Shown piece after piece: positions 10,701 through 19,113 of a stretch of 37,208 bases of DNA. Where the stretch lies: positions 1 through 37,208 of the forward strand of contig JAZNEY010000054.1 in NCBI GenBank assembly GCA_045588795.1, written 5' to 3'. Position numbers and translations under genes: made by a program. Source of the stretch: Clostridia bacterium. GTDB taxonomy: Bacteria; Bacillota; Clostridia; Christensenellales; UBA1242. A model generated the notes under the pieces. It saw only the letters and a list, made by a program, of their open reading frames with translations. It searched no databases and was not told where the DNA came from. Positions within the stretch are counted from its first letter, which is position 1; every line of letters begins with the position of its first letter.

Positions 10701-13700
10701 GAGGCTGAGGTTGATGAGATTTTAAGTTTTGCTATTGATTATTCTATTAAACTAGATACAGGACTTGGCAAATATGTCGTTCAAAACGAAGATATTATCA
10801 ATTGGCAAATAGATTTTCTATCACAAGATTATTACCTTTATGAAAAAGAATATATAGCAATTACCGAGCAAGTTTATCTAACTTATGATAATTTGCCACA
10901 AGAAAGCAAAGATTTGATTGATGGTGCTATTGATTATCTCTATAAGGTTTCTGAGCACGACACCGACCAAAGGAATGAAACTTTCTTACCGTACCTTGAA
11001 ATTTATAAAGCTGGAAGAGTTTATTTATCTGTTGATAAGAATGTCTATATTGAAGTTGAAGATATATTAAACGCTCCTATGATATCTAGTTACAAGGCTC
11101 TTGAGTTTGAGAAAAAATCGTTAAATGATTACGTTGATTACATAGTGGAAAATCAAAACAAGTCAACTAGAAGAGTCTATAAAGACAAATATCAAGAAAT
11201 TTGTAGCTATTATAAATATAACATTGTAAAATCTATTCAAGAGTATATGTCTTACAGAATTTCAACTGGGTATGAAGTTATTGTAAATGGTCAAAAGTTT
11301 ACAATTGAACAGGCTATGTCATCTACTGAATTTATGGAAATTGTCTTTGGAAACAATTTGACATATGATGGTCTCGTTGAGCAGTTATCTAGAGGCGTTC
11401 TACTTGATGATTTGACCAAGTTTAATAAATCTGCTATGACACTTATGTCATCACACTTGCAGGCTGATTTGAAAGAATTGCAAAGTGTTATTGATAAACT
11501 CGAAAGATATTTAATTGTGAATAAAGCGGCGTATAATTCTTCATCTGCTCCTGTAAGTCTTTCACTTACTGACCGTGAACTTGAAATTATTAATACTTTC
11601 TATAAAGTTAAAACAGGTGATGAACTTAATATTAACCTCAAAGGACTTTCAAAATATTTGCAATATGCAACTATTCCAACCCCAGCAGGTAAAGAACCAT
11701 CATTCAACTCTACAATGTATCAAAAAATCATTGATGTTTTGAAAATTTGTCAAGATGACCTTGGTATAATTATTCAAAGATATATGCAAGGCGATAACGA
11801 TATTTGCTCTACAACAGATTGTTCGACAAACATTGAAGCCTGCGTGCTTTTGAGTAGGTATGTTAGAACTATTGCTGATATCACAGAACTATCTTACGTT
11901 GACCAAAATTATAGCGGAATTATAGACAGCAACGGAACTTGGGGGATTCTTCGTGATTTCTTAAAAGATTTTGGTAGTCTTTGCTTTGATTTACAAACAA
12001 AATCTAACTTCAACTCTCTTTCTTATGGACAAAAAGATGAGGAAAGTTTAGTTGGTGCAAATACAACTTACATCTCTGAACTTCTCGATATGTTGAATGG
12101 TATGCTAATAGAGGTCGATTTTGGAAGTGAGGGCAAATCAATTACTGAAGTTGCGGGAATTGAAGATTTGATTGTCTTTGTGTATGATGAAGATGAAGAA
12201 GAATACATCTACACTGAATTAACTGGTGATAATTATTACTCTGAACTTATAAGTGAATCAAAATATTATATCGCTATTCTTTGTGATTATTTCGAAAAAA
12301 CCACAGAAGAATATCGCCAAATTATTGCAAACTCGCAAGAGGCTTACAATATGATGGTTAAATTTATGAATGGTAGATATACTATGCAACCTAATTCGCT
12401 TATATTTACAACATTTATAAAAGATTATATTGAATACTTTAAATACAATGCTGACACAACAGATGATTCATTCCTTGAATATATGTATGATGAATATTAT
12501 ATTGAGGTTGATAATAATCTCATGGGCGGAAATAATGAATTGTCTAATTCAGACAAATTGAGTTATTACTTTATGTATATGGAATCTTTTGACAACTTTA
12601 AATTTGCGAATAATGGAAATTATTATTCAGATTTGTCAACCATACAACAAAAGGTAGTTCAAGATGCAGTTAAGTATTACAAACAAATTAAAGATGAGAC
12701 TGAAACAACTCTTTCTGAGGACCTTGAGTACAGTTTAGAATGTTTAGAGAAATTAAATAGTTTTGTGTTTGGAGTTGGCGGAGAAAATCCAGAAAATGCT
12801 GGAGACGCTGAGATTGCTGATATACTTGAAAGCAATCTTGATATTATAAACCTTTATAATGTTCTTGATTTTATGGGGCTTGAGTTTGAGGTAGATAAAA
12901 ATTTAAGAGATTACAGAATTGATGCATTTAATCAACTAGTCGAATTTAGTGAGTATAGCGGTGAGAGTGTGGCTTCAATTCAAAGCAGATATCTTTCACT
13001 TTTGTATCTTGCTTGTTCAGACTTTACACTAAACCCTGAGGGTGCTTCTTATGTTGGTTTTGATGATAATTCAAAACAGATACTATTAAGTCTTGCTGGT
13101 GTTGCAAACAAGGCTGATGAACTTCTGGTTGATTTGCAATATGAGGGTAACTATTCTAGTTCGGTCGCTGATGAAAAATATGGAAGCATATTTATTATAT
13201 GTACTTACAATGAGTCAACTAAAAAATATGAGCCATTTATTTTTGCTTCGGAGCCTGACAAATATAATACTCCTGTTACAAATTATTACAGGTCTGTAAA
13301 CAACCAAGTTACATATTATCCAGTTATTGCAAAGGGAATTTTTGATGCATACGGAAATCCAACTGCAATTCGTGAGGTAAATGGAAATATTGAATTTTAC
13401 CGTGAGGAAGTTACAAGATTTAACCTTGCAACCATTTCTATGGACTTTTACACGGTTACACAAGAAGATGTTTCAACTAACTATGGTGTTGTGGGTAAGA
13501 TTGTTAACTCAATTAAGCAAACAATTAACAGATTTTTAGTTGCCGACTCTCTTGGTGATAGTTTTGAATATCTTGACACTGACCTTGAACCAGATATTTA
13601 TTATGGCACTAAAACAACTTGCATTTATCACCTTGATAGTGGATATGCAAACTTGAACTATATGTTCTATGAAAAGACAGGAATTGGTGTTACTTATCTT

Positions 13701-14666
13701 TATGATATTACACAACTAAACATTATTATTTTAGTTTTGGCTTCGGCTGTTATTTTGGACGCTATGTGGAAAGTGTTCTACGGAATAGTTAGTTCAATTT
13801 TCCAAATTGCTATTCTGTTTGCGATTTCTCCTGTTATTGTTGGGGTTAAACCTGTTAAGCCAGACGCCTATAAAAATTGGAAGAAAAATTTTGTTAAACA
13901 ATTCTTTGTGATGTATGGCTTTATTGTCGCTTTGAATTCTTACTTCATACTATTGATATTGATTGACAAGATGGGGTCGCTCATACCGGCATATAGCGAG
14001 AGAAGTATTTCAATATTGAATGATACAGCACTATTTAGTGGGCTTGATGTTCTAACTATAGTTTCTGTTCTTCTTTCAACTGCGGTCTTGATTGTTGCAA
14101 CTACGCTTCTAAAGAGTATGACAGATACATTCTCTGGAACATTATTTAGTGGTGATGATGCCATGAAGTCCGGCGCAAAAGTCAAGGGGCAAACAGAGGC
14201 TGTCGTTGCAGAGGGCGAATACTTTATGAGTGGATACCTTGCAAAAGACTCTATGGCAAAAGCGTACAGAGATGCTACAAGTTCGTTTGCACCACTGCTT
14301 GGACCTGATGCAATTAGAGAACGCATGAACGAGAGAGAGGCAGAAAAGAACAAGAAACTTGCAAAACAATACGAACAAGACTTAATTTCTCAAGGTGTTG
14401 ATTCTGCTAAGGCTTCTGACGCTGCTAAGGCTTACAGAGATGCTCTTAACGCTAATATTAAGGCTAGAAATGAACACGTTAAACAAGAAAATGACAGAAG
14501 AAAGAAGAGACTTGATGATCATAATAAGCGTATGACTCAATTCGTTCAACCTCCATCTGATCCAAAAGAAGTTAAATGTAAACATTGCGGAGCGAAGTTC
14601 AAAAAGAGTCAAGTTAAAGGCACTAATAAGTGTCCAATTTGTCAACAAAAGAATGCTTTTAAATAA
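7791..14666 (+). CDS. Giant (2291 aa) polytopic membrane protein in the VirB6/ConG/Orf15 gene position: N-terminal TM bundle, ~1700-aa Tyr/Asn/Asp/Glu-rich central domain, C-terminal TM bundle, Lys/Ala-rich tail ending in a zinc ribbon
   Basis: Uninterrupted 6.9-kb ORF; GAAGGA lies 10 nt upstream of the ATG. Hydrophobic helices at aa ~55-200 and ~1935-2110. CKHCG..17..CPICQ at nt 14577-14645. Immediately downstream of the VirB4-like gene. Confidence 0.85.
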   Translation: MQMMVNIIKNIFGVGAQKICASALCSPHLQNVLSVLCEASTVTVATNSIINAFTSIIEGLAGIVIAWFFLISKFVFQIVDLIQYLVYKLAGINLSSEITFDLPIFKILLSDTILDLFMALFIIGLILLIIFTIIAIVKSEYEIAIGLEQDSKKVKRASAKIVKSTLTSTALMLIIPFIMIAVMAFGSVFLTSINSVLNPDGTSSTTLGGQVFVASAHKANKYRIYAEKNERIPILYDFVDPYDNGTAYLYTRDELANEYGAWNSGESYYANQTNGGYASFASTLVYKNNKLYNKQDNYGGYEKWVSTPEQYYIMADFIDYAVKNNLEFYIKNASGEDIDWDNSSSNVKITDGVFNPATGTFTLSYVDNSNVNKYDDSYTLTLETGEFIASSPIADTTKTIAELLAITMNEDMESTVDSKLFRMLERVEGSTNVVKWKTESIDYNKETYTVYELTKRYYNVTTGMLESRATVPVARKQPAGAYYILNKDEDGKYHYTNQVIEYHNNGKLYQDLIEPVYVYGNWPEKLYNDLKVIFADINIDNYINYDNWADMLGEYYASDLNFENGETVSFATTLIHPLGLIMSELFLGVTFEEEGQLTDFTFTTQYMKDVIQSICFAVGGEEDYWQLKCEIDSFVTMFNGLFTPIIEELQKIEGFDLYDEDEYSVQAYVYKSYLASVMLSDSANEFFETLGYEILNLNNLAAVIHNSSSNNLYNSNGELMYEIKYKTDDDGNYLKLQFLPKNPDSYTRGAIGKYVYNVSGAKAVVCDENGYISDTSKYVPVGGVYDMFTRLNEDNGHYEIWYGLRFYDVNEYNEYYREQLDKHPNNDIPTWEELFARYFTTYYKAGYDHDRTFTYNNETYSIVCDTNGNIKFINNGGNLRMINLPTASDDYGLYFVPKEDTDFIVENVGDTLKYKVLVENKYVTADKVNFEDYFEPAKVRLYVYDNVEKANPNSKIGPTPASDIILKGDDEAEVDEILSFAIDYSIKLDTGLGKYVVQNEDIINWQIDFLSQDYYLYEKEYIAITEQVYLTYDNLPQESKDLIDGAIDYLYKVSEHDTDQRNETFLPYLEIYKAGRVYLSVDKNVYIEVEDILNAPMISSYKALEFEKKSLNDYVDYIVENQNKSTRRVYKDKYQEICSYYKYNIVKSIQEYMSYRISTGYEVIVNGQKFTIEQAMSSTEFMEIVFGNNLTYDGLVEQLSRGVLLDDLTKFNKSAMTLMSSHLQADLKELQSVIDKLERYLIVNKAAYNSSSAPVSLSLTDRELEIINTFYKVKTGDELNINLKGLSKYLQYATIPTPAGKEPSFNSTMYQKIIDVLKICQDDLGIIIQRYMQGDNDICSTTDCSTNIEACVLLSRYVRTIADITELSYVDQNYSGIIDSNGTWGILRDFLKDFGSLCFDLQTKSNFNSLSYGQKDEESLVGANTTYISELLDMLNGMLIEVDFGSEGKSITEVAGIEDLIVFVYDEDEEEYIYTELTGDNYYSELISESKYYIAILCDYFEKTTEEYRQIIANSQEAYNMMVKFMNGRYTMQPNSLIFTTFIKDYIEYFKYNADTTDDSFLEYMYDEYYIEVDNNLMGGNNELSNSDKLSYYFMYMESFDNFKFANNGNYYSDLSTIQQKVVQDAVKYYKQIKDETETTLSEDLEYSLECLEKLNSFVFGVGGENPENAGDAEIADILESNLDIINLYNVLDFMGLEFEVDKNLRDYRIDAFNQLVEFSEYSGESVASIQSRYLSLLYLACSDFTLNPEGASYVGFDDNSKQILLSLAGVANKADELLVDLQYEGNYSSSVADEKYGSIFIICTYNESTKKYEPFIFASEPDKYNTPVTNYYRSVNNQVTYYPVIAKGIFDAYGNPTAIREVNGNIEFYREEVTRFNLATISMDFYTVTQEDVSTNYGVVGKIVNSIKQTINRFLVADSLGDSFEYLDTDLEPDIYYGTKTTCIYHLDSGYANLNYMFYEKTGIGVTYLYDITQLNIIILVLASAVILDAMWKVFYGIVSSIFQIAILFAISPVIVGVKPVKPDAYKNWKKNFVKQFFVMYGFIVALNSYFILLILIDKMGSLIPAYSERSISILNDTALFSGLDVLTIVSVLLSTAVLIVATTLLKSMTDTFSGTLFSGDDAMKSGAKVKGQTEAVVAEGEYFMSGYLAKDSMAKAYRDATSSFAPLLGPDAIRERMNEREAEKNKKLAKQYEQDLISQGVDSAKASDAAKAYRDALNANIKARNEHVKQENDRRKKRLDDHNKRMTQFVQPPSDPKEVKCKHCGAKFKKSQVKGTNKCPICQQKNAFK

Positions 14667-14687
14667 TAAAAATTTATTGGTGAGTCT

Positions 14688-17522
14688 ATGAATTTAGTTA
14701 AATTTATGAACAATTTAATATTTAAAATCAACAGCCAGCACCTGCTTAAAAATGGTGCTGGCAAGGCTCAACGAACGCTTTTTAATGGAACGGGCGGAGA
14801 GACTCCAACCTTTCTTTCGGTTCTTATTGAGGGATTCATTGGAAGAATTACCGACATTGCTAATTACCTTATAAGAATAGTTTTCCAATTGCTTTATTTT
14901 GTTATTAAACTTGCACTTAACATTATGGACTTTTTGATGGTTATTGTTTCAGAACTATCGGGGCAGGCACAGGCTTTTGATATGGCAAAAGCAAATAGTA
15001 ACCTTGAAAGTTCAGATATTATTTTCAGATTTTTCTTAAATTCTGTTACTATGAAAATTTTAAAACGAGTATTTATTTTCTCGATTTTAGTATTAATTCT
15101 TGTTTCTATCATTGCTATTGTCAAAAATGAATGGCAAAGGGCTACTGATGATAAAGCAAGAGACGCAAAAGTTATTATCGTTAAATCTTTGAAAAGTTTA
15201 TTGATGATGTTTATTACGCCATTCGTTGTTATTGTTGGAATTATTTTCTCTAATGTTGTTTTAACTTCGGCAATTAACTCATTGAATGGTGGAAAAAGTT
15301 TCTTTAGTTTAGGCTCGGTTGTGTTTATGTCTAGTACATATAATGCAAACTGGTATCGAATATATGCTGACAATAATGATAAAATCCCAATATTGTTTGA
15401 TTACAATGGTGGATTTTACAATGCAGATAATGGTGATATTGATTTTGCTGGTGGGCAGTTTAATCTTGATGACCAAATGGCGGAGCTTAGAGCAAATGAG
15501 TATCTGACAAGTGGTTATAGTACATACTCAATGTTTAAAAATCAAGCATACTTTGAGTTTGACCAAGTTCCTGAAAATAGCACTTATTATTCTTTCTATG
15601 ATGGGGAACATTTGAAAACCAGCAGAATTGAATATTATGTTATGGCTGATTTTATTGACTATGCTATGGAAACCGGTCAAGAGTTCTATATTAAAAATGT
15701 CGAAGATGTATTTAATATAGCATATGATGCTTGTGAAGAGGCTCTCGATAATGGACTTGAACTTTATCCTTACGTTGAGGGCGGAAAAGCATCTCTTCAA
15801 ATTGATGAAGATTTTGAGATTTATTATTACAGGCTTGCTCAAATATTTAACAATATTGTTCCATATGAAAGGCTAGATGGGTCTGATGGACTTGTTGCCA
15901 AATCAATATTTAAAAATATTGATGATGAAATGGTACTTGACTTTGAAGATGACAATATTGAAAGTTATAAATTCAATGTTTATTATGATGGCTATCTATT
16001 AAATTCGTGCGGGGATATGGGAACTATTGAGCCTGAGGTCGTTGAGGGACCTGGTGGTGAGCAGGTTACAGTTTACCCTGAGACAGCAGTAACTTATGAG
16101 GCCTTTTCTGGCGCTGATGATGAGGCGTATGGGGCAAAATACGTCTATTGCTACAAAATGTCTATTCCTTTAAATGAGGACCAAACGCAATTTACAACAA
16201 TATTTGTTCCGGTTTTCCAAAACTCTAATAACAATAGTTATTTTAAGTTTAATAGTGATTACTTGTCTGATGCAAGTGAGGATAGACCATATGAATCAAT
16301 GTTTCTTGCAAGGGGCGGTTTTGATACAACTGGCTTTCCAACAGCAATTAAATCATATGGAAACGATATTGTCTTTTATAGACACGACTGCGATAGTGTA
16401 GGATTGTTCAAGGCAAAACCTCAACTTAGTTATGTTCAGACTGATGAGAATACTGGGAATCAAGAAGTTATTGAGGCTGAGGGCGATTTCTTTTCAAGAG
16501 TCCTTGGTTTTGACCAAGACAATGTGAGGCTTGCACTTGACATTAAAATGGACACAATGCCAACATTTACAAAAACGGTTTTTGATGTTACAACTTTTGA
16601 TGATGGTCTTTATAAATTGAATTATAGTTTTGTCGGGACAAATTTGAGGCTTGCTAATGTCTATGATACATTAAACATAAATTTTGCAATCTTAACATTT
16701 GCAAGTTGGAAGATGATGAGTACATTTTTCTTCTTGATATTTGCTCTTTTGAGACGACTTCTTGAACTCACTGTTTTCTGGTTTACTTATCCTGCTTGGC
16801 TTGCATCATTCCCGCTTGATTCAAATGATAATATCACAGAGGGTACAACCTTTGCTATGTGGAGGTCTAACTTCATTGATAGGGTGCTTGCAGTCTATAC
16901 AACATATATCGGACTGGTGCTATTCTTCGTGCTTGTGCCGGTTATTGTAGGTATTGATTTTGCAGTTACTATTGTTGGTTCAATAAGTCCTGAAAGTTGG
17001 CTTGCATATATTCCTCCAACATTTATTGCTTGGGTGATTAGAACAATGTTTGTTCTTGTATTATTCACTATGGTTGAAAGAATTAATGAAATCATTAACG
17101 ACCTTGTTGGTGGTGGAAGATTATCTAATTTTGATGCTTCCGGAAAAGATACCTTTGATGATTCTATTAAAACTGTTAAACTCGGCTATTCAACATTTAG
17201 TATAAGAGAAAACTTTAAAAAGGCAAAGGGAGCAGTTGCTGACGGTGTCCAAACTGGTTTGAATTTGATACCGGGTAAGGCGTTTATAGATGAGGGGGCA
17301 ACTGCTGTTCGACATATTTCAAATAATTCTAAACACGCAAAAGCAGTTAAGGCACTCGTATCAACTTCATTATCTGGTGCAACTGACGCAAAAACGGAAA
17401 TTGCAAAGGCTGGATTTGAAAAACTTACAAAAAGACATTCTGATGGAAATCCTAAAAAAGATGAAAGTGCTGGATTCAAAAATATTGAAGAACGCGCAAG
17501 CAAGAGTGGCAGAATTGTTTAG
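14688..17522 (+). CDS. 944-aa polytopic membrane protein, shorter paralogue of the 2291-aa protein
   Basis: Starts 21 nt after the previous stop. Blocks shared with the 2291-aa protein include IAIVKNEW/IAIVKSEY and NANWYRIYADNNDKIPILFDY vs HKANKYRIYAEKNERIPILYDF. Also shared are YYVMADFIDYAMETGQEFYIKN vs YYIMADFIDYAVKNNLEFYIKN, plus the C-terminal TM module. Confidence 0.85.
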   Translation: MNLVKFMNNLIFKINSQHLLKNGAGKAQRTLFNGTGGETPTFLSVLIEGFIGRITDIANYLIRIVFQLLYFVIKLALNIMDFLMVIVSELSGQAQAFDMAKANSNLESSDIIFRFFLNSVTMKILKRVFIFSILVLILVSIIAIVKNEWQRATDDKARDAKVIIVKSLKSLLMMFITPFVVIVGIIFSNVVLTSAINSLNGGKSFFSLGSVVFMSSTYNANWYRIYADNNDKIPILFDYNGGFYNADNGDIDFAGGQFNLDDQMAELRANEYLTSGYSTYSMFKNQAYFEFDQVPENSTYYSFYDGEHLKTSRIEYYVMADFIDYAMETGQEFYIKNVEDVFNIAYDACEEALDNGLELYPYVEGGKASLQIDEDFEIYYYRLAQIFNNIVPYERLDGSDGLVAKSIFKNIDDEMVLDFEDDNIESYKFNVYYDGYLLNSCGDMGTIEPEVVEGPGGEQVTVYPETAVTYEAFSGADDEAYGAKYVYCYKMSIPLNEDQTQFTTIFVPVFQNSNNNSYFKFNSDYLSDASEDRPYESMFLARGGFDTTGFPTAIKSYGNDIVFYRHDCDSVGLFKAKPQLSYVQTDENTGNQEVIEAEGDFFSRVLGFDQDNVRLALDIKMDTMPTFTKTVFDVTTFDDGLYKLNYSFVGTNLRLANVYDTLNINFAILTFASWKMMSTFFFLIFALLRRLLELTVFWFTYPAWLASFPLDSNDNITEGTTFAMWRSNFIDRVLAVYTTYIGLVLFFVLVPVIVGIDFAVTIVGSISPESWLAYIPPTFIAWVIRTMFVLVLFTMVERINEIINDLVGGGRLSNFDASGKDTFDDSIKTVKLGYSTFSIRENFKKAKGAVADGVQTGLNLIPGKAFIDEGATAVRHISNNSKHAKAVKALVSTSLSGATDAKTEIAKAGFEKLTKRHSDGNPKKDESAGFKNIEERASKSGRIV

Positions 17523-17537
17523 TAAAATTAAGATAAT

Positions 17538-17569
17538 AAAAGAACAAGTCAACTTGACTTGTTCTTTTG
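17538..17569. terminator. Bidirectional intrinsic terminator between the convergent 944-aa gene and fba
   Basis: aaaagaacaagtcaacttgacttgttctttt: near-perfect palindrome flanked by an A-run and a T-run. Confidence 0.8.
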
Positions 17570-17673
17570 CTTGTATTTTGTGTTTTGTTTATTGAAATCA
17601 ATGGGATATTGCAAAATAGTTGTTATCTTTAAAAATAAGATGTTACAAAGCAATCAGTGATTGTTTTCATTCT

Positions 17674-18582
17674 CTACTTTCTAAATAACGACATACATTC
17701 TTTTACATATTCAGTTATGTTTTTGCTTGCGTATCCAAGTATCTTTCTTGGGTCAAAGACTTCTGGATTGTTTGTTGTAAATTCACGGATTGAGCCAGCA
17801 AAACATAATCTTAAATCTGTGTCGCAATTGATTTTTACAATTGGAGTTTCTGTTGCCATTTTTTGAATGGCTTTTGCTGGAATTCCTTGTGCCTTGTTAA
17901 TTACGCCACCATAGGCTTTAAATCTGTCAACAAGTTTCTTATCGACTCTGCTCGCTCCGTGACATACAAGAGGGAAATTTGGAAGCGTTTTATCAAGTTC
18001 TTCTAGGATATCAAATCTGATTTGTGGCTCGGTTGTTCCCTTGTTTGCTCCGTGTGCTGTTCCTATGCTTACAGCAAGGCAGGTAATACCAGTTTTTTCA
18101 ACAAACTCTTTCGCCATCATTGGGTCTGTAAAGTGTGAGACCTCACTTGATTGTTCATCTTCAACACCAACAATTTCGCCAAGTTCACTTTCAACTGATA
18201 CATTTTTCTTCTTTGCGTATTCAACAACTTCTTTCGTGCCTTTGATATTCTCTTCAAAAGGTAAGTGGCTTAGGTCAATCATTACAGAAGAAAAACCTGC
18301 GTCAATCGCTTTTTTACAAACTTCAATATTTTTTCCGTGGTCAAGGTGAAGTGCTATTTTTGATGGACTCTTTTCGGCTAGAGTTTTAACAATTGCAACC
18401 AGTTCATCAAACCCTGCGTATTTACAAGCAGATTCGCTTGCTTGTAAAATTACTGGAGTGTTCATCTCTTCGCTTGCCTTTATTATCGCTTGTGCAAATT
18501 CAAGATTTGAGATGTTAAACGCTCCTATTGCATAGCCATTTTTTCTTGCATCATTTAACATTTCGGTCATATTACAATACAT
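17674..18582 (-). CDS. fba: Class II fructose-1,6-bisphosphate aldolase
   Basis: NGYAIGAFNISNLE, LHLDHG, AVSIGTAHG and VCHGASR motifs. I chose the start at MYCNMTEML (ATG at 18582), 9 nt downstream of AGGAG, rather than the ORF-track start at 18615. Confidence 0.9.
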   Translation of the reverse strand: MYCNMTEMLNDARKNGYAIGAFNISNLEFAQAIIKASEEMNTPVILQASESACKYAGFDELVAIVKTLAEKSPSKIALHLDHGKNIEVCKKAIDAGFSSVMIDLSHLPFEENIKGTKEVVEYAKKKNVSVESELGEIVGVEDEQSSEVSHFTDPMMAKEFVEKTGITCLAVSIGTAHGANKGTTEPQIRFDILEELDKTLPNFPLVCHGASRVDKKLVDRFKAYGGVINKAQGIPAKAIQKMATETPIVKINCDTDLRLCFAGSIREFTTNNPEVFDPRKILGYASKNITEYVKECMSLFRK

Positions 18583-18617
18583 AAAAATTACTCTCCTAAA
18601 ATTTAATTTATACAATT

Positions 18618-18647
18618 ATTATAAATCTTTTCAAGTGTCATTTGCAA
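18618..18647 (-). promoter_or_regulatory. Putative fba promoter
   Basis: Minus strand: TTGCAA (18647-18642), 18-nt spacer, TATAAT (18623-18618). Confidence 0.4.
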
Positions 18648-19048
18648 CTTATTTTGTGTCTTTGTAATTAAAAGTTATCTAACTCGCTGGCTAAATTTTG
18701 GCTGTTTTTTAGGCTAATATCACAAGCAAACCACTACTAAAATTTTGAAAATTTACACTGATTTTGTTTTTTAGTTTTGTACCACCACAAAAGGTGCTAT
18801 CGCTTTTAAGTCTTTATTCAAAAACAAGGTAAAATTTTAAAACGGTGCAAATTTGGGGCTGATTTTGCGAGTGTAAAAAATTAAAAGTTTAAAAATTGGC
18901 AAAAATTCAAAATTTTAAAGTGCTATTTATGTTGAATAATTTGAGTGCGATTTTGTCGATTTTGTTTTCAATTTTCGTTTGCAGATTTTCTAGAATAAAT
19001 AAAATTTTGGCAGGCATTGTTTGCTTTTAAAATTTTGAAAAATATTCG

Positions 19049-19078
19049 TTGCGAATAGTAACTCTCTCGTGTTATAAT
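19049..19078 (+). promoter_or_regulatory. Putative promoter of 19114..19773
   Basis: TTGCGA, 18-nt spacer, TGtTATAAT (extended -10). Confidence 0.5.
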
Positions 19079-19113
19079 GAAAGAAGAAAAACAACAAGTT
19101 TGGAGAAAAATAT

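Noticed and set aside
17523-17673. Right-hand boundary of the T4SS-like block as a mobile-element end (att site, tRNA, integrase, direct repeat)
   Set aside because: Only a bidirectional terminator and AT-rich spacer are present. I saw no repeat of this sequence elsewhere in the window and no recombinase gene, so I do not call a mobile element. The left boundary is outside the window.
18893-18918. Shared 15-mer-like motif aaaattggc(a/g)aaaat between the fba-upstream region and 29338-29352
   Set aside because: It is a single near-match in very AT-rich DNA with different flanking spacing. That is insufficient to claim a common regulatory site.
18929-19030. 33-codon hydrophobic mini-ORF (MLNNLSAILSILFSIFVCRFSRINKILAGIVCF) in the long intergenic region
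   Set aside because: No Shine-Dalgarno sequence. The T-rich sequence naturally encodes Leu/Phe/Ile, and an open frame of this length is not improbable by chance.
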